Source of the DNA: an uncultured Desulfovibrionaceae bacterium
Lineage (GTDB): Bacteria > Desulfobacterota > Desulfovibrionia > Desulfovibrionales > Desulfovibrionaceae
Length of the DNA stretch: 64,000 nucleotides
Assembly (NCBI GenBank): GCA_964368075.1
Contig: CAYJAD010000005.1
Coordinates: 2,755-66,754 of the forward strand
Direction of reading: 5' to 3'
Position numbers and translations under genes: made by a program. Below, piece after piece: positions 49,948 to 60,446 of the stretch (position 1 is the stretch's first letter; each line of letters starts with the position of its first letter). The notes below the pieces were generated by a model. The model saw only the letters and a program-made list of their open reading frames with translations. It had not been told where the DNA came from and did no database searches.

Positions 49948-50013
49948 GGGCGCGTTTTGAAGGGGGTCTGGGGGAAACTTTTTGGCGCTAGCAAAAGCTT
50001 CCCCCAGAAAAAG
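49948..50013 (+). repeat. REP-like element, most complete copy
   Basis: gggcgcgttttgaagggggtctgggggaaactttttggcgctagcaaaagcttcccccagaaaaag. The core hairpin is gggggaaactttt/aaaagcttccccc. Confidence 0.85.
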
Positions 50014-50033
50014 TCATTGAGTCCTTTTTTAAT

Positions 50034-51467
50034 TTACGATGTGGCTTCAGAGGGCGGTGGTGTGTAATCCGGTGCTAAATCCACAAATGATGTATAGCGA
50101 GAAATATACATAAGCTCTGCTACCCCTACAGGGCCATTACGTTGTTTACCTATAATGATTTCTGCTATACCTTGAGGTGGCCTTTCGGCAGGTTTGGTGA
50201 ACTTGTATACGTCATCTCTGTAAACAAACATAATAACGTCAGCATCTTGTTCAATAGCTCCGGACTCACGCAAATCTGAGAGCATGGGGCGCTTGTCGGC
50301 GCGCTCTTCCACTTTACGGTTTAACTGCGATAAAGCCACCACGGGAATATTCATTTCTTTGGCCAAGGCTTTGAGCGAACGCGAAATTTCAGAAATTTCC
50401 AACTCACGTGAATCAATACGTCGTCCTGCACGCATCAATTGTAAATAATCCACAATAACCATACCAACGCCTTTTTCTGTCATAAGGCGCCGTGTTCTGG
50501 CGCGCAATTCCAAAGTGCTGATGGCCGGTGTATCATCTATGTAAATAGGTGCTTGGCCTATGGCATCGGCGGCGGTGAATAGCTGAGCCCAGTCTTCGTC
50601 GGTAAGACGGCTTGGTTGGCGCAAGAGAGAAACATCTACCTTGGCCTGTACCGCTAAAATACGTTGTAATAACTGCTCTTTACTCATTTCTAGGGAATAT
50701 ACAGCCACGGGTGTATTTTTGGCGATGGCGGCATTGAGTGCAAGACACATGGCAAAAGCTGTTTTTCCCATGGATGGACGCGCCGCCACAATGATTAAAT
50801 CTGAAGGCTGTAAACCAGCGGTCATTTTATCAAGGCGAGAAAAACCTGTGGTGACGCCGGTGACTTGTTCGTTGGATCCGGCTAAATCTGAAAGCTTTTG
50901 GAATACTTTATCAATAAGTTCTTTCGTTGAGGAAAAATCTTTTCCGGCAGAACGCTGTGCAATGGAAAAAACAGACTGTTGCGAAGCATCGAGCAAATCT
51001 TTTATGTCTTGGGTGCTGTCATAGCAATTGCCAATAATGCCGGAACACGTTTCAATAAGCCTTCGTTGTAGGGCTTTGTCGCGCACAATGTGTGCATAAT
51101 GCGGCGCGTTGGCTCCAGCCACTACAGCTTGTGCCAAATCTCCTAAATAAACAACACCGCCAACTTCTTCGAGGGTATGATGGTTTTTAAGGTGTTCAGC
51201 CACTGTGACCAAGTCAATGGGCTTAGAGCCGTGATATAAAGTCATCATGGCATCAAAAATTCTTTGATGCGCGGGTAAATAAAAATCGTCTTTTTCCAAA
51301 ACGTCCACAATAATATTGAGCACATTGGGAGAAGAAAATATACCCGCCAGTACAGCTTGTTCCGCTTCTACAGAATGCGGAGGTATGTGCTTAAGCAAAA
51401 GGTCTTGAGCTTGCTCTGGATTTTTAGGAATAAATTTTTTACGAGTATGGTCTGGAAAATCGTTCAT
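50034..51467 (-). CDS. dnaB: Replicative DNA helicase DnaB
   Basis: Walker A ARPSMGKTAF, plus SLEMS and IIGKQRNGP motifs. The start is taken at MNDFPD (ATG at 51467). Confidence 0.95.
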   Translation of the reverse strand: MNDFPDHTRKKFIPKNPEQAQDLLLKHIPPHSVEAEQAVLAGIFSSPNVLNIIVDVLEKDDFYLPAHQRIFDAMMTLYHGSKPIDLVTVAEHLKNHHTLEEVGGVVYLGDLAQAVVAGANAPHYAHIVRDKALQRRLIETCSGIIGNCYDSTQDIKDLLDASQQSVFSIAQRSAGKDFSSTKELIDKVFQKLSDLAGSNEQVTGVTTGFSRLDKMTAGLQPSDLIIVAARPSMGKTAFAMCLALNAAIAKNTPVAVYSLEMSKEQLLQRILAVQAKVDVSLLRQPSRLTDEDWAQLFTAADAIGQAPIYIDDTPAISTLELRARTRRLMTEKGVGMVIVDYLQLMRAGRRIDSRELEISEISRSLKALAKEMNIPVVALSQLNRKVEERADKRPMLSDLRESGAIEQDADVIMFVYRDDVYKFTKPAERPPQGIAEIIIGKQRNGPVGVAELMYISRYTSFVDLAPDYTPPPSEATS

Positions 51468-51754
51468 GCAAAAACCTTTAAGGTAAAAAGAGAGGTACAA
51501 AGGCAGTAGCCTGTAAGAAAGCTACGTCTCTCAATCTGTGTTAAATATATACTGTAAGTAAATAGAAAAAGTTGAATACACCGTGTTGTAATTTTATTGT
51601 AACAGAAAAACTTAGTGAGAATCAAGTAAGAGGCTTGTGCTTAATAAGTTAAGAATCATATTTTAAGACCGCTGCCAATCCATTGTGTAAGGTCTTTGAA
51701 GCGTTGACGGTAGTCATTATATTAGAGGAAGATTGAATTTTTTTATAAAAAAAG

Positions 51755-51792
51755 TAAAAAAAGCCGCCCTCAAAATAATTTTAAGGGCGGCT
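51755..51792 (-). terminator. Rho-independent terminator after rplI
   Basis: The minus strand has agccgccct / agggcggct followed by ttttttt. Confidence 0.8.
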
Positions 51793-51812
51793 TTATAAAT
51801 ATAATAAGGCGC

Positions 51813-52343
51813 TTATTCGGCGGCTTCTTCTGCGGGAGCCTCAGTAGCTTCAGCCACTTCTTCAGCGGCAGGAGCCACGTCGTCTTCAGCATAAACACGT
51901 TGTTCGCTTTGTACCTTTACGATAACATTAGCAATAACGCCAGCAAAAAGACGCACACGCACTTCATGTTCACCCAATACACGAATGGGAGCATCAAGTA
52001 AAATACGACGACGGTCTATGTCTACACCCAAAGCAACCAAAGTTTCTTGAATAAGAGTAGAAGTTACAGAGCCGTACAATTTGTCGTTTTCACCCACGCG
52101 CATTTTAATAACAACGTCAAGATTTTCTAATTTTTCAAGAATGCCTTGAGCGTCAGAACGCATAGAAGCCATTTTTTGCTCAAGCTTTTTGCGCTCAAGT
52201 TCAAAGGCTTTTAAATTTCCGGGGCTGGCAACCATAGCCAAGCCTTGGGGCAACAAGTAGTTACGACCATAACCGGCCTTAACAGAAACCACGTCACCTA
52301 CATTGCCAAGATTTTCTACATCTGCACGGAGAATGATTTTCAT
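51813..52343 (-). CDS. rplI: Ribosomal protein L9 (acidic C-terminal extension)
   Basis: MKIILRADVENLGNVGDVVSVKAGYGRNYLLPQGLA N-terminus. Confidence 0.96.
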   Translation of the reverse strand: MKIILRADVENLGNVGDVVSVKAGYGRNYLLPQGLAMVASPGNLKAFELERKKLEQKMASMRSDAQGILEKLENLDVVIKMRVGENDKLYGSVTSTLIQETLVALGVDIDRRRILLDAPIRVLGEHEVRVRLFAGVIANVIVKVQSEQRVYAEDDVAPAAEEVAEATEAPAEEAAE

Positions 52344-52356
52344 ATGTTACACTCCC

Positions 52357-52620
52357 CTATATCATGCTTTTTTTCTTAACATTGCTGTCATGCGTAGCAG
52401 TGTAGATGAGCAAAGCCATCTGACGAGCGCGCTTGATTTCTGTGGTCAGCAAACGTTGGTGATGGGCACAAGTGCCAGTAATACGACGAGCAATAATTTT
52501 ACCACGTTCGGTGATGAAATCACGTAAGATATCAGCACGTTTGTAGTTTAAAGGCAATTCTTTGTCTGCGCAAAAACGACAAAATTTACGGCGTGGAGCA
52601 AATTTCTTTTTAAAAGCCAT
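52357..52620 (-). CDS. rpsR: Ribosomal protein S18
   Basis: The RRKFCRFC...DYK...L..FI.ERGKI..RRITG pattern is present. Confidence 0.96.
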   Translation of the reverse strand: MAFKKKFAPRRKFCRFCADKELPLNYKRADILRDFITERGKIIARRITGTCAHHQRLLTTEIKRARQMALLIYTATHDSNVKKKSMI

Positions 52621-52928
52621 TATGCTACCTCCTCAGCCACTTCATCGGCCAATTTTACGGTGACAAATTTGTAAATACCGTCGGTAATACGGATATTACG
52701 CTCAAGTTCAGCAATAGCAGCGGCAGGGGCGGCGAATTCTAAACGCACATAGTGACCGCGCATATGCTTTTGTACTGGGTAAGCAAGGTCGCGCATACCC
52801 CAAGCATCAACCAAGAGCATCTTGCCTTGTTCGCGCTCTAAAATAGCGGTCAAGCCAGAGATGATGGTTTCACGATTTTCTGCTGCAAGCTCAGGTGAGA
52901 GCAAGAGCAAGGTTTCGTATTTTCTCAT
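52620..52928 (-). CDS. rpsF: Ribosomal protein S6
   Basis: [15 protein letters not shown]-terminus. AGGAG lies 7 nt before the ATG at 52928; the longer ORF-track start is rejected. Confidence 0.94.
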   Translation of the reverse strand: MRKYETLLLLSPELAAENRETIISGLTAILEREQGKMLLVDAWGMRDLAYPVQKHMRGHYVRLEFAAPAAAIAELERNIRITDGIYKFVTVKLADEVAEEVA

Positions 52929-53074
52929 TTTCATACTCCTTTCGGACAATTTGGCCCGCCTATTGGCGAGCAAGGGAAGCAGTGACTTACGCTAGATATA
53001 TATGTGTTGTCAAGAAAAAAAAGGAAGCGTGCTCAGCACGCTTCCTTCACAGTGTCTATTATATTATAAAAAAA

Positions 53075-54433
53075 TTATAATACGCCTTGTTCAATCATAG
53101 CTTCAGCAACTTTACGGAAGCCGGCAATATTACCGCCAAGCACGTAGTCGCCTTTCTTGTCAAACTCAACAGCAGCTTCGCTGGCAGAGGTGAAGATGTT
53201 CTTCATAATGCCTTTTAATTTACCGTCCACTTCTTCAAAGGTCCATGGTTGCATGCTGGCATTTTGTGCCATTTCCAATTGGCTAGTGGCAACACCACCG
53301 GCATTGGCGCATTTGCCTGGGCCATAAGCGATTTTAGCATTCAGGAAAACTTCTGTAGCTTCTGGGGTGGAGGGCATGTTTGCGCCTTCGCTCACACAGA
53401 AACAACCATTTTTCACAAGGGCTTTAGCGTCTTCAGCGCTCACTTCATTTTGCGTAGCAGAAGGGAAAGCCAAATCGCAAGGCACATGCCATACAGCGTG
53501 TTGGTCTTTGCCATAGTCTTTCACAGGAATATACTGAGCATCTTTGCAAAGCTCGGCATAGCGAGTTAAAGAAGCTCTTTCCACTTCTTTTACTTGCTTA
53601 AGCACTTCAAGGTTGATGCCATCTTTTTGATAAATGCTGCCACGGGAGTCAGAAATGGTCACAGCTTTGGCGCCCAAGTGGTTTAATTTATCAATAGTGT
53701 AAATGGCTACGTTACCAGAGCCGGATACAGCGGCGGTGCAACCTTTGATGTCGCGACCAATGGCATTGAGCATATTTTCTGCAAAATACACACAACCATA
53801 CCCTGTAGCTTCAGTACGAGCAAGGGAACCGCCCCAACGCAAGCCTTTTCCGGTAAGTACGCCTTCAAACTTAGATGTAAGACGCTTGTATTGGCCAAAC
53901 ATATAACCAACTTCACGTGCACCTACACCAATGTCACCGGCAGGAATATCTTGAGTATCGCCAATAATTTTAGAAAGTTCTGTCATAAAGGCTTGGCAAA
54001 AACGCATAACTTCGGCATCGCTCTTACCCTTAGGGTCAAAGTCACTACCGCCTTTGCCGCCGCCAAGCATAAGGCCAGTGAGGCTATTTTTGAAAATTTG
54101 CTCAAAACCAAGAAATTTCAAAATACTTACGTTCACACTGGGGTGGAAGCGTAGGCCACCTTTATAGGGGCCAAGAGCAGAGTTAAATTGTACACGATAA
54201 CCACGGTTTACTTGTACACGGCCTTTATCGTCGGCCCATGCTACGCGGAAAGTCAATACACGCTCTGGCTCGGCAATACGCTCCAAGATATTGTGTTGTT
54301 GATATTTACTTTCGCGAGCAAAAAGTGGATCAAGGCTGTCAAAAACTTCGGAAACAGCTTGTAAAAACTCAGGCTGGTAACGACACACCTTCTTCAACTT
54401 TTTGTATACTTTTTGTGGATAGCTTACAGGCAC
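53075..54433 (-). CDS. gdhA: Glutamate dehydrogenase (NADP-type, hexameric family)
   Basis: GGGKGGSDFDPKGKS catalytic-Lys motif. Length is 452 aa. Confidence 0.95.
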   Translation of the reverse strand: MPVSYPQKVYKKLKKVCRYQPEFLQAVSEVFDSLDPLFARESKYQQHNILERIAEPERVLTFRVAWADDKGRVQVNRGYRVQFNSALGPYKGGLRFHPSVNVSILKFLGFEQIFKNSLTGLMLGGGKGGSDFDPKGKSDAEVMRFCQAFMTELSKIIGDTQDIPAGDIGVGAREVGYMFGQYKRLTSKFEGVLTGKGLRWGGSLARTEATGYGCVYFAENMLNAIGRDIKGCTAAVSGSGNVAIYTIDKLNHLGAKAVTISDSRGSIYQKDGINLEVLKQVKEVERASLTRYAELCKDAQYIPVKDYGKDQHAVWHVPCDLAFPSATQNEVSAEDAKALVKNGCFCVSEGANMPSTPEATEVFLNAKIAYGPGKCANAGGVATSQLEMAQNASMQPWTFEEVDGKLKGIMKNIFTSASEAAVEFDKKGDYVLGGNIAGFRKVAEAMIEQGVL

Positions 54434-54703
54434 GCTAAACTCCTTTATTACCCAGGTTCTCGGGGTATATGGTTAAAAAAATATAAATCTCCCAAAGGGG
54501 TTTATATACAGTATGTAAAAAAAAGAGCCTTTGGCACAAAAGGCACACTTACTATACTTGAAAAAAAAACCTAAGAAAAGACTTTTTTTGGGTGAATTGA
54601 AAATTAAAGGGCTCAAATAAAAAAGGTAAACTTTTTCGACTTGTTCACATATGTATTTTTTGATAGCATGGTACAGCGTTTTCTTTTTCACAAAAAATAA
54701 TAG

Positions 54704-54722
54704 GTTCACAGTGAATGTGAAC
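54704..54722. promoter_or_regulatory. Perfect 7-5-7 palindrome GTTCACA-gtgaa-TGTGAAC upstream of cysK
   Basis: Read directly from the sequence. It lies 32 nt before the cysK ATG. Additional TTCACA half-sites occur at about 54645 and 54688. Confidence 0.4.
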
Positions 54723-54753
54723 TATGTAACATGTTAAAATAGTATGGACATAC

Positions 54754-55665
54754 ATGAAAAATACTCTTCTTAAAAGTATTGGTAATACACCTGTTGTGCT
54801 TTTGCAACATATAAATACTACAGCGTGCGAGATTTATGTAAAACTAGAATGCCACAATCCTGGTGGTTCCATTAAAGATCGTATTGCCAAGCATATGATA
54901 GAAAAAGCGCTGAGCGAAGGCACGCTGCAGCGAGATGGTATTATTGTGGAGCCTACCAGCGGTAACACAGGTATTGCTTTGGCTATGATTGCGGCTAACA
55001 TGGGTATACGTTGCGTTATTGTTATGCCGGAAAGTATGAGTATGGAAAGACGCAAGCTCATGCAAGGCTATGGAGCAGAACTTATTCTTACTCCGGCACA
55101 TGAGGGCATGAGCGGTGCTGTACTTATGGCGGAGGAAATTCTTGCGCAAACAAAAAATGCTTTTATGCCAAGTCAATTTACCAATCCACATGCAGTGCAT
55201 GCGCATTATGAAAATACAGGGCCGGAAATTCTTGCAGAACTAGGACAGCATATTGATGCTTTGGTGGCAGGTGTGGGGACTGGCTCTACGCTTATGGGGT
55301 GCGGCATGTATTTACGCGAAAAAATACCTGCGCTACGCCTCGTGGCTGTGGAACCGGAAGAATCTCCTTTGCTTTCACAAGGAAATAGCGGCCCCCACGG
55401 TATTCAAGGTATAGGTGCCAATTTTATTCCTAGTATTTTACGCCCTGAGCTCATCAGTGAGATTTTAACGGTACATACAGAAAATGCTGTGGAAACTGCG
55501 CGACTTTTGCAAAAGAAAGAAGGCATAAGCTGCGGCATCTCTTCGGGGGCCAATGTGAGTGCTGCGTTAAAACTAGCCGCACAGCCTTGCATGAAAGGCA
55601 AGCGCATTGTTACCTTTGTGTGTGACTCAGCAGAGCGCTATATGTCTACGGCGCTTTTCGCTTAG
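54754..55665 (+). CDS. cysK: Cysteine synthase A (O-acetylserine sulfhydrylase)
   Basis: GGSIKDR (PLP Lys), TSGNTG and GVGTGSTL motifs. Length is 303 aa. Confidence 0.95.
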   Translation: MKNTLLKSIGNTPVVLLQHINTTACEIYVKLECHNPGGSIKDRIAKHMIEKALSEGTLQRDGIIVEPTSGNTGIALAMIAANMGIRCVIVMPESMSMERRKLMQGYGAELILTPAHEGMSGAVLMAEEILAQTKNAFMPSQFTNPHAVHAHYENTGPEILAELGQHIDALVAGVGTGSTLMGCGMYLREKIPALRLVAVEPEESPLLSQGNSGPHGIQGIGANFIPSILRPELISEILTVHTENAVETARLLQKKEGISCGISSGANVSAALKLAAQPCMKGKRIVTFVCDSAERYMSTALFA

Positions 55666-55817
55666 CTAGATAGTGTCGTCAAATGCGCCTTTTCGATTAT
55701 CTCTGCGTCAGATTTTGCTTGTTTTCTCGGTCAAATACCAGAAGAGTATACTCCCTCAAAACAAGCTCATCTTCCTTGATATAACACGAAAATTCACTAT
55801 TTGACAACACTATCTAG
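55666..55817. repeat. 152-bp MITE-like imperfect palindrome with 19-bp terminal inverted repeats
   Basis: The left end is ctagatagtgtcgtcaaat and the right end atttgacaacactatctag (1 mismatch). The arms also share ttttcg and gcttgtttt blocks at equal offsets. Confidence 0.8.
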
Positions 55818-55884
55818 GAAACTGTTCTGTGCGGAGCATCTCTTGGCAGAATCAAAAAAGAATTTTTTACTAGGTTGATAAACT

Positions 55885-56250
55885 ATGTATATTCTAATAA
55901 TTATGCTTGTTGGCGGTGTGTTAGGTGGTGTTATTTCGCAAAACAAAGGAAGAAATGTCTTTTTTTGGACAATTTTTTGTGGACTTATTCCTTTAACTTT
56001 GCTTATTCTGTTGGCGTTACCAAAATTAGCACAGGTGGGTTTATCTCGCCCGTGCCCCTTTTGTTTGCGTATTATTCCATGGCATGCAAGTATCTGTTCG
56101 TATTGTCAAGCTAAAGTTCCTACTCCCCATACTCACCCTTGTCCTTTTTGTGGTGGTGCCTTGTGGGTTGGTGAAAGTCATTGCTCGACCTGCGGCAAAG
56201 CTGCAGATACAAAACCTGTAACTTATAAAAAGGCTCAAGATAAAGGATAA
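55885..56250 (+). CDS. Small membrane protein with two zinc-ribbon CxxC pairs
   Basis: Two N-terminal TM segments, then the pairs CPFC...CSYC and CPFC...CSTC. Length is 121 aa. Confidence 0.55.
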   Translation: MYILIIMLVGGVLGGVISQNKGRNVFFWTIFCGLIPLTLLILLALPKLAQVGLSRPCPFCLRIIPWHASICSYCQAKVPTPHTHPCPFCGGALWVGESHCSTCGKAADTKPVTYKKAQDKG

Positions 56251-56254
56251 AATC

Positions 56255-57079
56255 ATGAAAAGTCTTTCTTGGCGTATATGTTCTACTGTTTTTCTTTGTG
56301 TTATGTTACTAACATCATTGTCTTCTTTAACCATGGCTAAAACTCCCACAGGTGTTTTGCAAGAAGCTGTGGAGCGTGGCACATTACGCGTGGGGATTTC
56401 TTCCTTTGTGCCTTGGGCTATGCAAGATAAAAAAGGAGAATATATAGGTTTTGAAATCGATGTAGCAAAGCGTATCGCCAAAGACTTTGATTTAGAATTG
56501 GAAATTTTGCCCACACGCTGGTCTGGCATTATTCCGGCATTACTTACGGGCAAATTTGACATGATTATATGTGGCATGTCGCCCACCCCCGGCCGTGCTT
56601 TACGTGTTAATTTCACCATGCCTTATGACCATGTGACCATTGAGGCTGTGGGGCTTAAGAAAAAATTAGGCGATAAAACTGCCATTGCAGATTTCAATAA
56701 TGCTGATACCATTGTGGCTGTGCGTACAGGCACCACGGCTGCCACTGCCGCTAAATTGACTTTGCCAAAAGCCACCATTCGCTATTTTGATGAAGAAGCT
56801 CCTGCTGTACAAGAAATGCTTTCAGGGCGTGCCCATATAGTTTTTGGTTCTGGTCCTTTAGGCACCATTGAAGTGGCGAAAGATCCTGAAAATATTCGCC
56901 ATGCTTTTGACGAAAAAAATCTGTACCCACAGCCTATCAGTATAGCTGTGCGCAAAGGAGATGCAGATACCATAAATGCTCTTAATGCTTGGATTCTTAT
57001 GACAGAAGCCGAAGGTTGGCTTAAAGAGCGCCGCCATTACTGGTTTGAAACACGTCAATGGGAATCTTTATTAAAATAG
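56255..57079 (+). CDS. Periplasmic amino-acid ABC transporter substrate-binding protein (SBP_bac_3)
   Basis: Signal peptide, then LRVGISSFVPWAMQDKKGEYIGFEIDVAKRIA and WSGIIPALLTGKFDMIICGMS patterns. No permease or ATPase gene is adjacent. Confidence 0.85.
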   Translation: MKSLSWRICSTVFLCVMLLTSLSSLTMAKTPTGVLQEAVERGTLRVGISSFVPWAMQDKKGEYIGFEIDVAKRIAKDFDLELEILPTRWSGIIPALLTGKFDMIICGMSPTPGRALRVNFTMPYDHVTIEAVGLKKKLGDKTAIADFNNADTIVAVRTGTTAATAAKLTLPKATIRYFDEEAPAVQEMLSGRAHIVFGSGPLGTIEVAKDPENIRHAFDEKNLYPQPISIAVRKGDADTINALNAWILMTEAEGWLKERRHYWFETRQWESLLK

Positions 57080-57141
57080 TCGACACTGAAAAAGTATTTA
57101 AGCGTCGACTAAAATAAAGTCTTTTGCCATAATTTAGACAT

Positions 57142-57178
57142 AAAAAAGGGAAGAGATTGAAAATCTCTTCCCTTTTTT
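57142..57178. terminator. Bidirectional terminator between the binding-protein gene and lon
   Basis: aaaaaa gggaagagatt gaaa atctcttccc tttttt. Confidence 0.8.
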
Positions 57179-57194
57179 ATACTATTATCAAGCC

Positions 57195-59660
57195 TTATTC
57201 AGGAAAGGCTAGCGGTAATACTTCATCAATATGTGTGACTGGGTGTACAGTAATTTTACTGAGTAAATCTTTAGGTACATCTTCTAAGTCTTTCATGTTT
57301 TGTTTTGGAATAATAACATGTTGCAAATCTCTGGCCACGGCACCCAGAATTTTTTCTTTAATGCCGCCTACAGGAAGCACTCTTCCGCGCAAAGTAATTT
57401 CACCGGTCATACACAAGCTTGTATTAACAGGTTTTGCAGTCAAGGCCGAAATTAAAGCTGTACATAGTGTAATGCCTGCCGAGGGACCATCTTTAGGGGT
57501 GGCACCTGCGGGAACGTGCACATGTATATCTTGACGGCGCGAGAAGTCTTGATCAATGCCAAGCACTTCGGCTTTATTGCGTATGTAAGATAACGCTGCT
57601 TGCGCACTTTCTTTCATAACATCGCCCAATTGACCAGTAAGAAGTAATGCCCCTTTGCCTTTCATAAGGCTTACCTCTACATGTAGCACTTCACCACCAA
57701 AAGGCGTCCATGCTAAACCTAGGGCAGAACCTGCGGGAAGTTGCTTTTCTTTATCATCTTCTACAAAGCGTGGAATGCCTAAGAGCTTTGGTATTTGCAC
57801 GGCATTAACCTTAAAGCTTCCTTCTTTTCCTTCGGCTCTTTTGCGAGCGAGCTTACGACATACGGCGCCTAATTCTCTTTCAAGATTACGCAAACCAGCC
57901 TCACGAGTGTATTCTTTGATAACTCTTTCAATGGCAGCATCGGCGACGCTTACTTCTTTGGGCTTGAGGCCATGATCTTTAATCATTTTTGGCAATAAGT
58001 GAATATTGGCAATGGCTAGTTTTTCATGCACGGTATAGCCAGGTAGTGTAATGATTTCCATTCTGTCTCTAAGAGCAGGGGGAATGGTATCCAGCGTGTT
58101 GGCTGTACATAAAAACATGATTTTTGACAAGTCAAAGGGAACATTAAGATAATGATCACTGAAGCTGTAGTTTTGTTCAGGATCGAGCACCTCAAGTAAA
58201 GCAGAGGAAGGGTCACCTCTAAAATCTGTTCCCAATTTATCTAGCTCATCCAGCACGATAACGGGATTCTTTGTACCCGCTTGTTTCAGCGCTTGAATAA
58301 TACGACCAGGCATAGAACCAATATAGGTACGGCGGTGTCCGCGAATTTCTGCTTCGTCACGCATACCACCTAGGGAAATGCGCTGGAATTTACGCCCAAG
58401 GGCTCTGGCAATGGAGCGCCCAAGAGAGGTTTTACCAGTACCGGGAGGTCCCACAAAACATAAGATAGGCCCTTTAGATTGTGGGTTTAATTTACGCACA
58501 CTCAAATATTCTAAAATACGCTCTTTTACCTTGCTTAAGGCATAGTGGTCTTCATTAAGCACTTTAAAAGCGTGTTTAATGTCTAAGGTGTCTCGGCTCG
58601 TCTTTCTCCAAGGTAATTCCACTAACCAATCTAAATAGGTACGCACTACATTGGCTTCAGAAGAATCTGAATGCATAGATGTGAGGCGCCGCAATTGTTT
58701 ATCGGCTTCTTTGCGAACATCTTTGGGCATGCCGGACTTGGCAATTGCCTTGCCAAGATCATCAATTTCTTCTTCTTGATCTTCGCCGCCATCGCCTAAT
58801 TCTTGACGAATAGCTTTTATTTGCTCGCGCAAGTAGTAATCTTTTTGCGCTTTGTCCATGCCTTCACGTGCTGAGGATTGAATGCGCGCTTGCATGGTAG
58901 CCACTTCTACTTCTTTATTGAGCTGCTCATTAACCAACTGTAGGCGAGCAATGGGGTTTTGCTCTTCTAAAATGGCTTGAGCATCTTCAAGCTTCATGCG
59001 TAAATTCGCTGCTATAAGATCGGCTAAATGGCCTGCATCATCTACACTTTGCAGCATGTTAATGACGTCTGAGCTTGAAATGCCGCGCAAGGTAAGAATT
59101 TTTTCACTTTGCTCGCGGGCAGAGCGCAACATGGCCTCCACTTCAGGTGAAAGCTCTGTAGCATTTTCTTCTAGCGGTTCTATTTCTGCCTCTAAGAAAG
59201 GTTCTGTTTGAGTAAAGGCCTTAACTTGTGCACGGCTAACCCCTTGGACAAGCACTTTAATGCGTCCATCGGGCATTTTTAACATTCGCATAACATTGAC
59301 AATGGAGCCAGTGGTATACAAATCTTCAGGGTTGGGATCTTCGGTACTTTCTTCTTTTTGGGTACAAACAAAGAGGTAGCGGTCCCTATCAAGGGTAGCT
59401 TCCATAGCTTGTACGGACTTATCCCTACCAATAAAGAGGGGTAAAATCATGTAATTAAATACCACAACATCACGTACAGCCAGCACAGGCATAGAGGGCG
59501 GGAAAGGGGAACTTTCAGTAAAAGCGCTTTCGGTGCTGCTTTCATCATGCTCCTGCTCGTTCGCTTTAATAGCTTCCGCTATGTCCTTTTCCTGCTCTAA
59601 CGACGCATCGTTATTGTATATATTTTGTTGTTCTTCTAGGTCTTTATTTTTTTCTGACAT
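57195..59660 (-). CDS. lon: ATP-dependent Lon protease
   Basis: GPPGTGKTS Walker A, PKDGPSAG catalytic Ser context and an N-terminal LON domain. Length is 821 aa. Confidence 0.97.
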   Translation of the reverse strand: MSEKNKDLEEQQNIYNNDASLEQEKDIAEAIKANEQEHDESSTESAFTESSPFPPSMPVLAVRDVVVFNYMILPLFIGRDKSVQAMEATLDRDRYLFVCTQKEESTEDPNPEDLYTTGSIVNVMRMLKMPDGRIKVLVQGVSRAQVKAFTQTEPFLEAEIEPLEENATELSPEVEAMLRSAREQSEKILTLRGISSSDVINMLQSVDDAGHLADLIAANLRMKLEDAQAILEEQNPIARLQLVNEQLNKEVEVATMQARIQSSAREGMDKAQKDYYLREQIKAIRQELGDGGEDQEEEIDDLGKAIAKSGMPKDVRKEADKQLRRLTSMHSDSSEANVVRTYLDWLVELPWRKTSRDTLDIKHAFKVLNEDHYALSKVKERILEYLSVRKLNPQSKGPILCFVGPPGTGKTSLGRSIARALGRKFQRISLGGMRDEAEIRGHRRTYIGSMPGRIIQALKQAGTKNPVIVLDELDKLGTDFRGDPSSALLEVLDPEQNYSFSDHYLNVPFDLSKIMFLCTANTLDTIPPALRDRMEIITLPGYTVHEKLAIANIHLLPKMIKDHGLKPKEVSVADAAIERVIKEYTREAGLRNLERELGAVCRKLARKRAEGKEGSFKVNAVQIPKLLGIPRFVEDDKEKQLPAGSALGLAWTPFGGEVLHVEVSLMKGKGALLLTGQLGDVMKESAQAALSYIRNKAEVLGIDQDFSRRQDIHVHVPAGATPKDGPSAGITLCTALISALTAKPVNTSLCMTGEITLRGRVLPVGGIKEKILGAVARDLQHVIIPKQNMKDLEDVPKDLLSKITVHPVTHIDEVLPLAFPE

Positions 59661-59691
59661 ATATCACTCCTCGAACATCGCATAGGGGGCA

Positions 59692-60384
59692 TTACCCCAT
59701 AAAAATCTGACCAGATAAAATACTGCGGCATTCTTTTTCTGTAATAATAATATGCTCAATAAACATTATGTTCATAGGTGGACTTAATTGTCGTAATTGC
59801 TCGGTCAGCATAAGGTCTGCCCGTGAGGCTTTGGAGGAACCGCCGGGGTGATTATGCACTAAAATAAAACCGTGCGCTTTTCGTTCTAACACTTTGGCAA
59901 GGACGTCTCGTGGCGTTATGGGAACGGTATCTATGCTACCTTGCATAACTTTTTCCCACCCAAGGCAACGAAGCCCTGCATCGACTAAGGCTATCCAGCA
60001 TTCTTCATGGCTTATGCCGTAAAGTCTTTTACGTGCCACAGCAACAATGCTTTCCGGTGAAGCCAGCACCTCTTTTTGCAATAAAGGGGCGGCGGCGGTG
60101 CGGGCAAGGCACTCTCTCACCACTTGCCATAGAATCCATGTTCCTTGTCCAAAGCCTGAAACTTGCTCCAATTCTTCCTTACGCGCTTGCAGTACTTGGC
60201 TAAGAGAACCAAATCTGGCAAGTAATTCTTTTGCAAGGGGCTTTGTGTCCTTACGTACCAAGGCATAACTTAAAAGAAGCTCTAACAATTCATAATCTTC
60301 CATATGCTGTGGGTCGTGCAGAAAGCGACTTTTAAGCCGTTTTCGATGCCCAGCATGAAGATTTATCGTTTTGGTCATGGTCAT
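59692..60384 (-). CDS. radC: RadC-family JAB/MPN domain protein
   Basis: LVHNHPGGSSKASRADL JAMM-like motif and an N-terminal HhH-like region. Length is 230 aa. Confidence 0.88.
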   Translation of the reverse strand: MTMTKTINLHAGHRKRLKSRFLHDPQHMEDYELLELLLSYALVRKDTKPLAKELLARFGSLSQVLQARKEELEQVSGFGQGTWILWQVVRECLARTAAAPLLQKEVLASPESIVAVARKRLYGISHEECWIALVDAGLRCLGWEKVMQGSIDTVPITPRDVLAKVLERKAHGFILVHNHPGGSSKASRADLMLTEQLRQLSPPMNIMFIEHIIITEKECRSILSGQIFMG

Positions 60385-60446
60385 AATTAAGCAGTCTTAC
60401 GCATTATGCAAGGGGTAAGGGATGAAAGTTATAAAAAAAAGTAACA

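Noticed and set aside
14860-50013. The REP-like copies as a CRISPR array.
   Set aside because: The copies are dispersed over 35 kb, in both orientations, with variable internal sequence. They are not regularly spaced direct repeats, and no cas genes are present.
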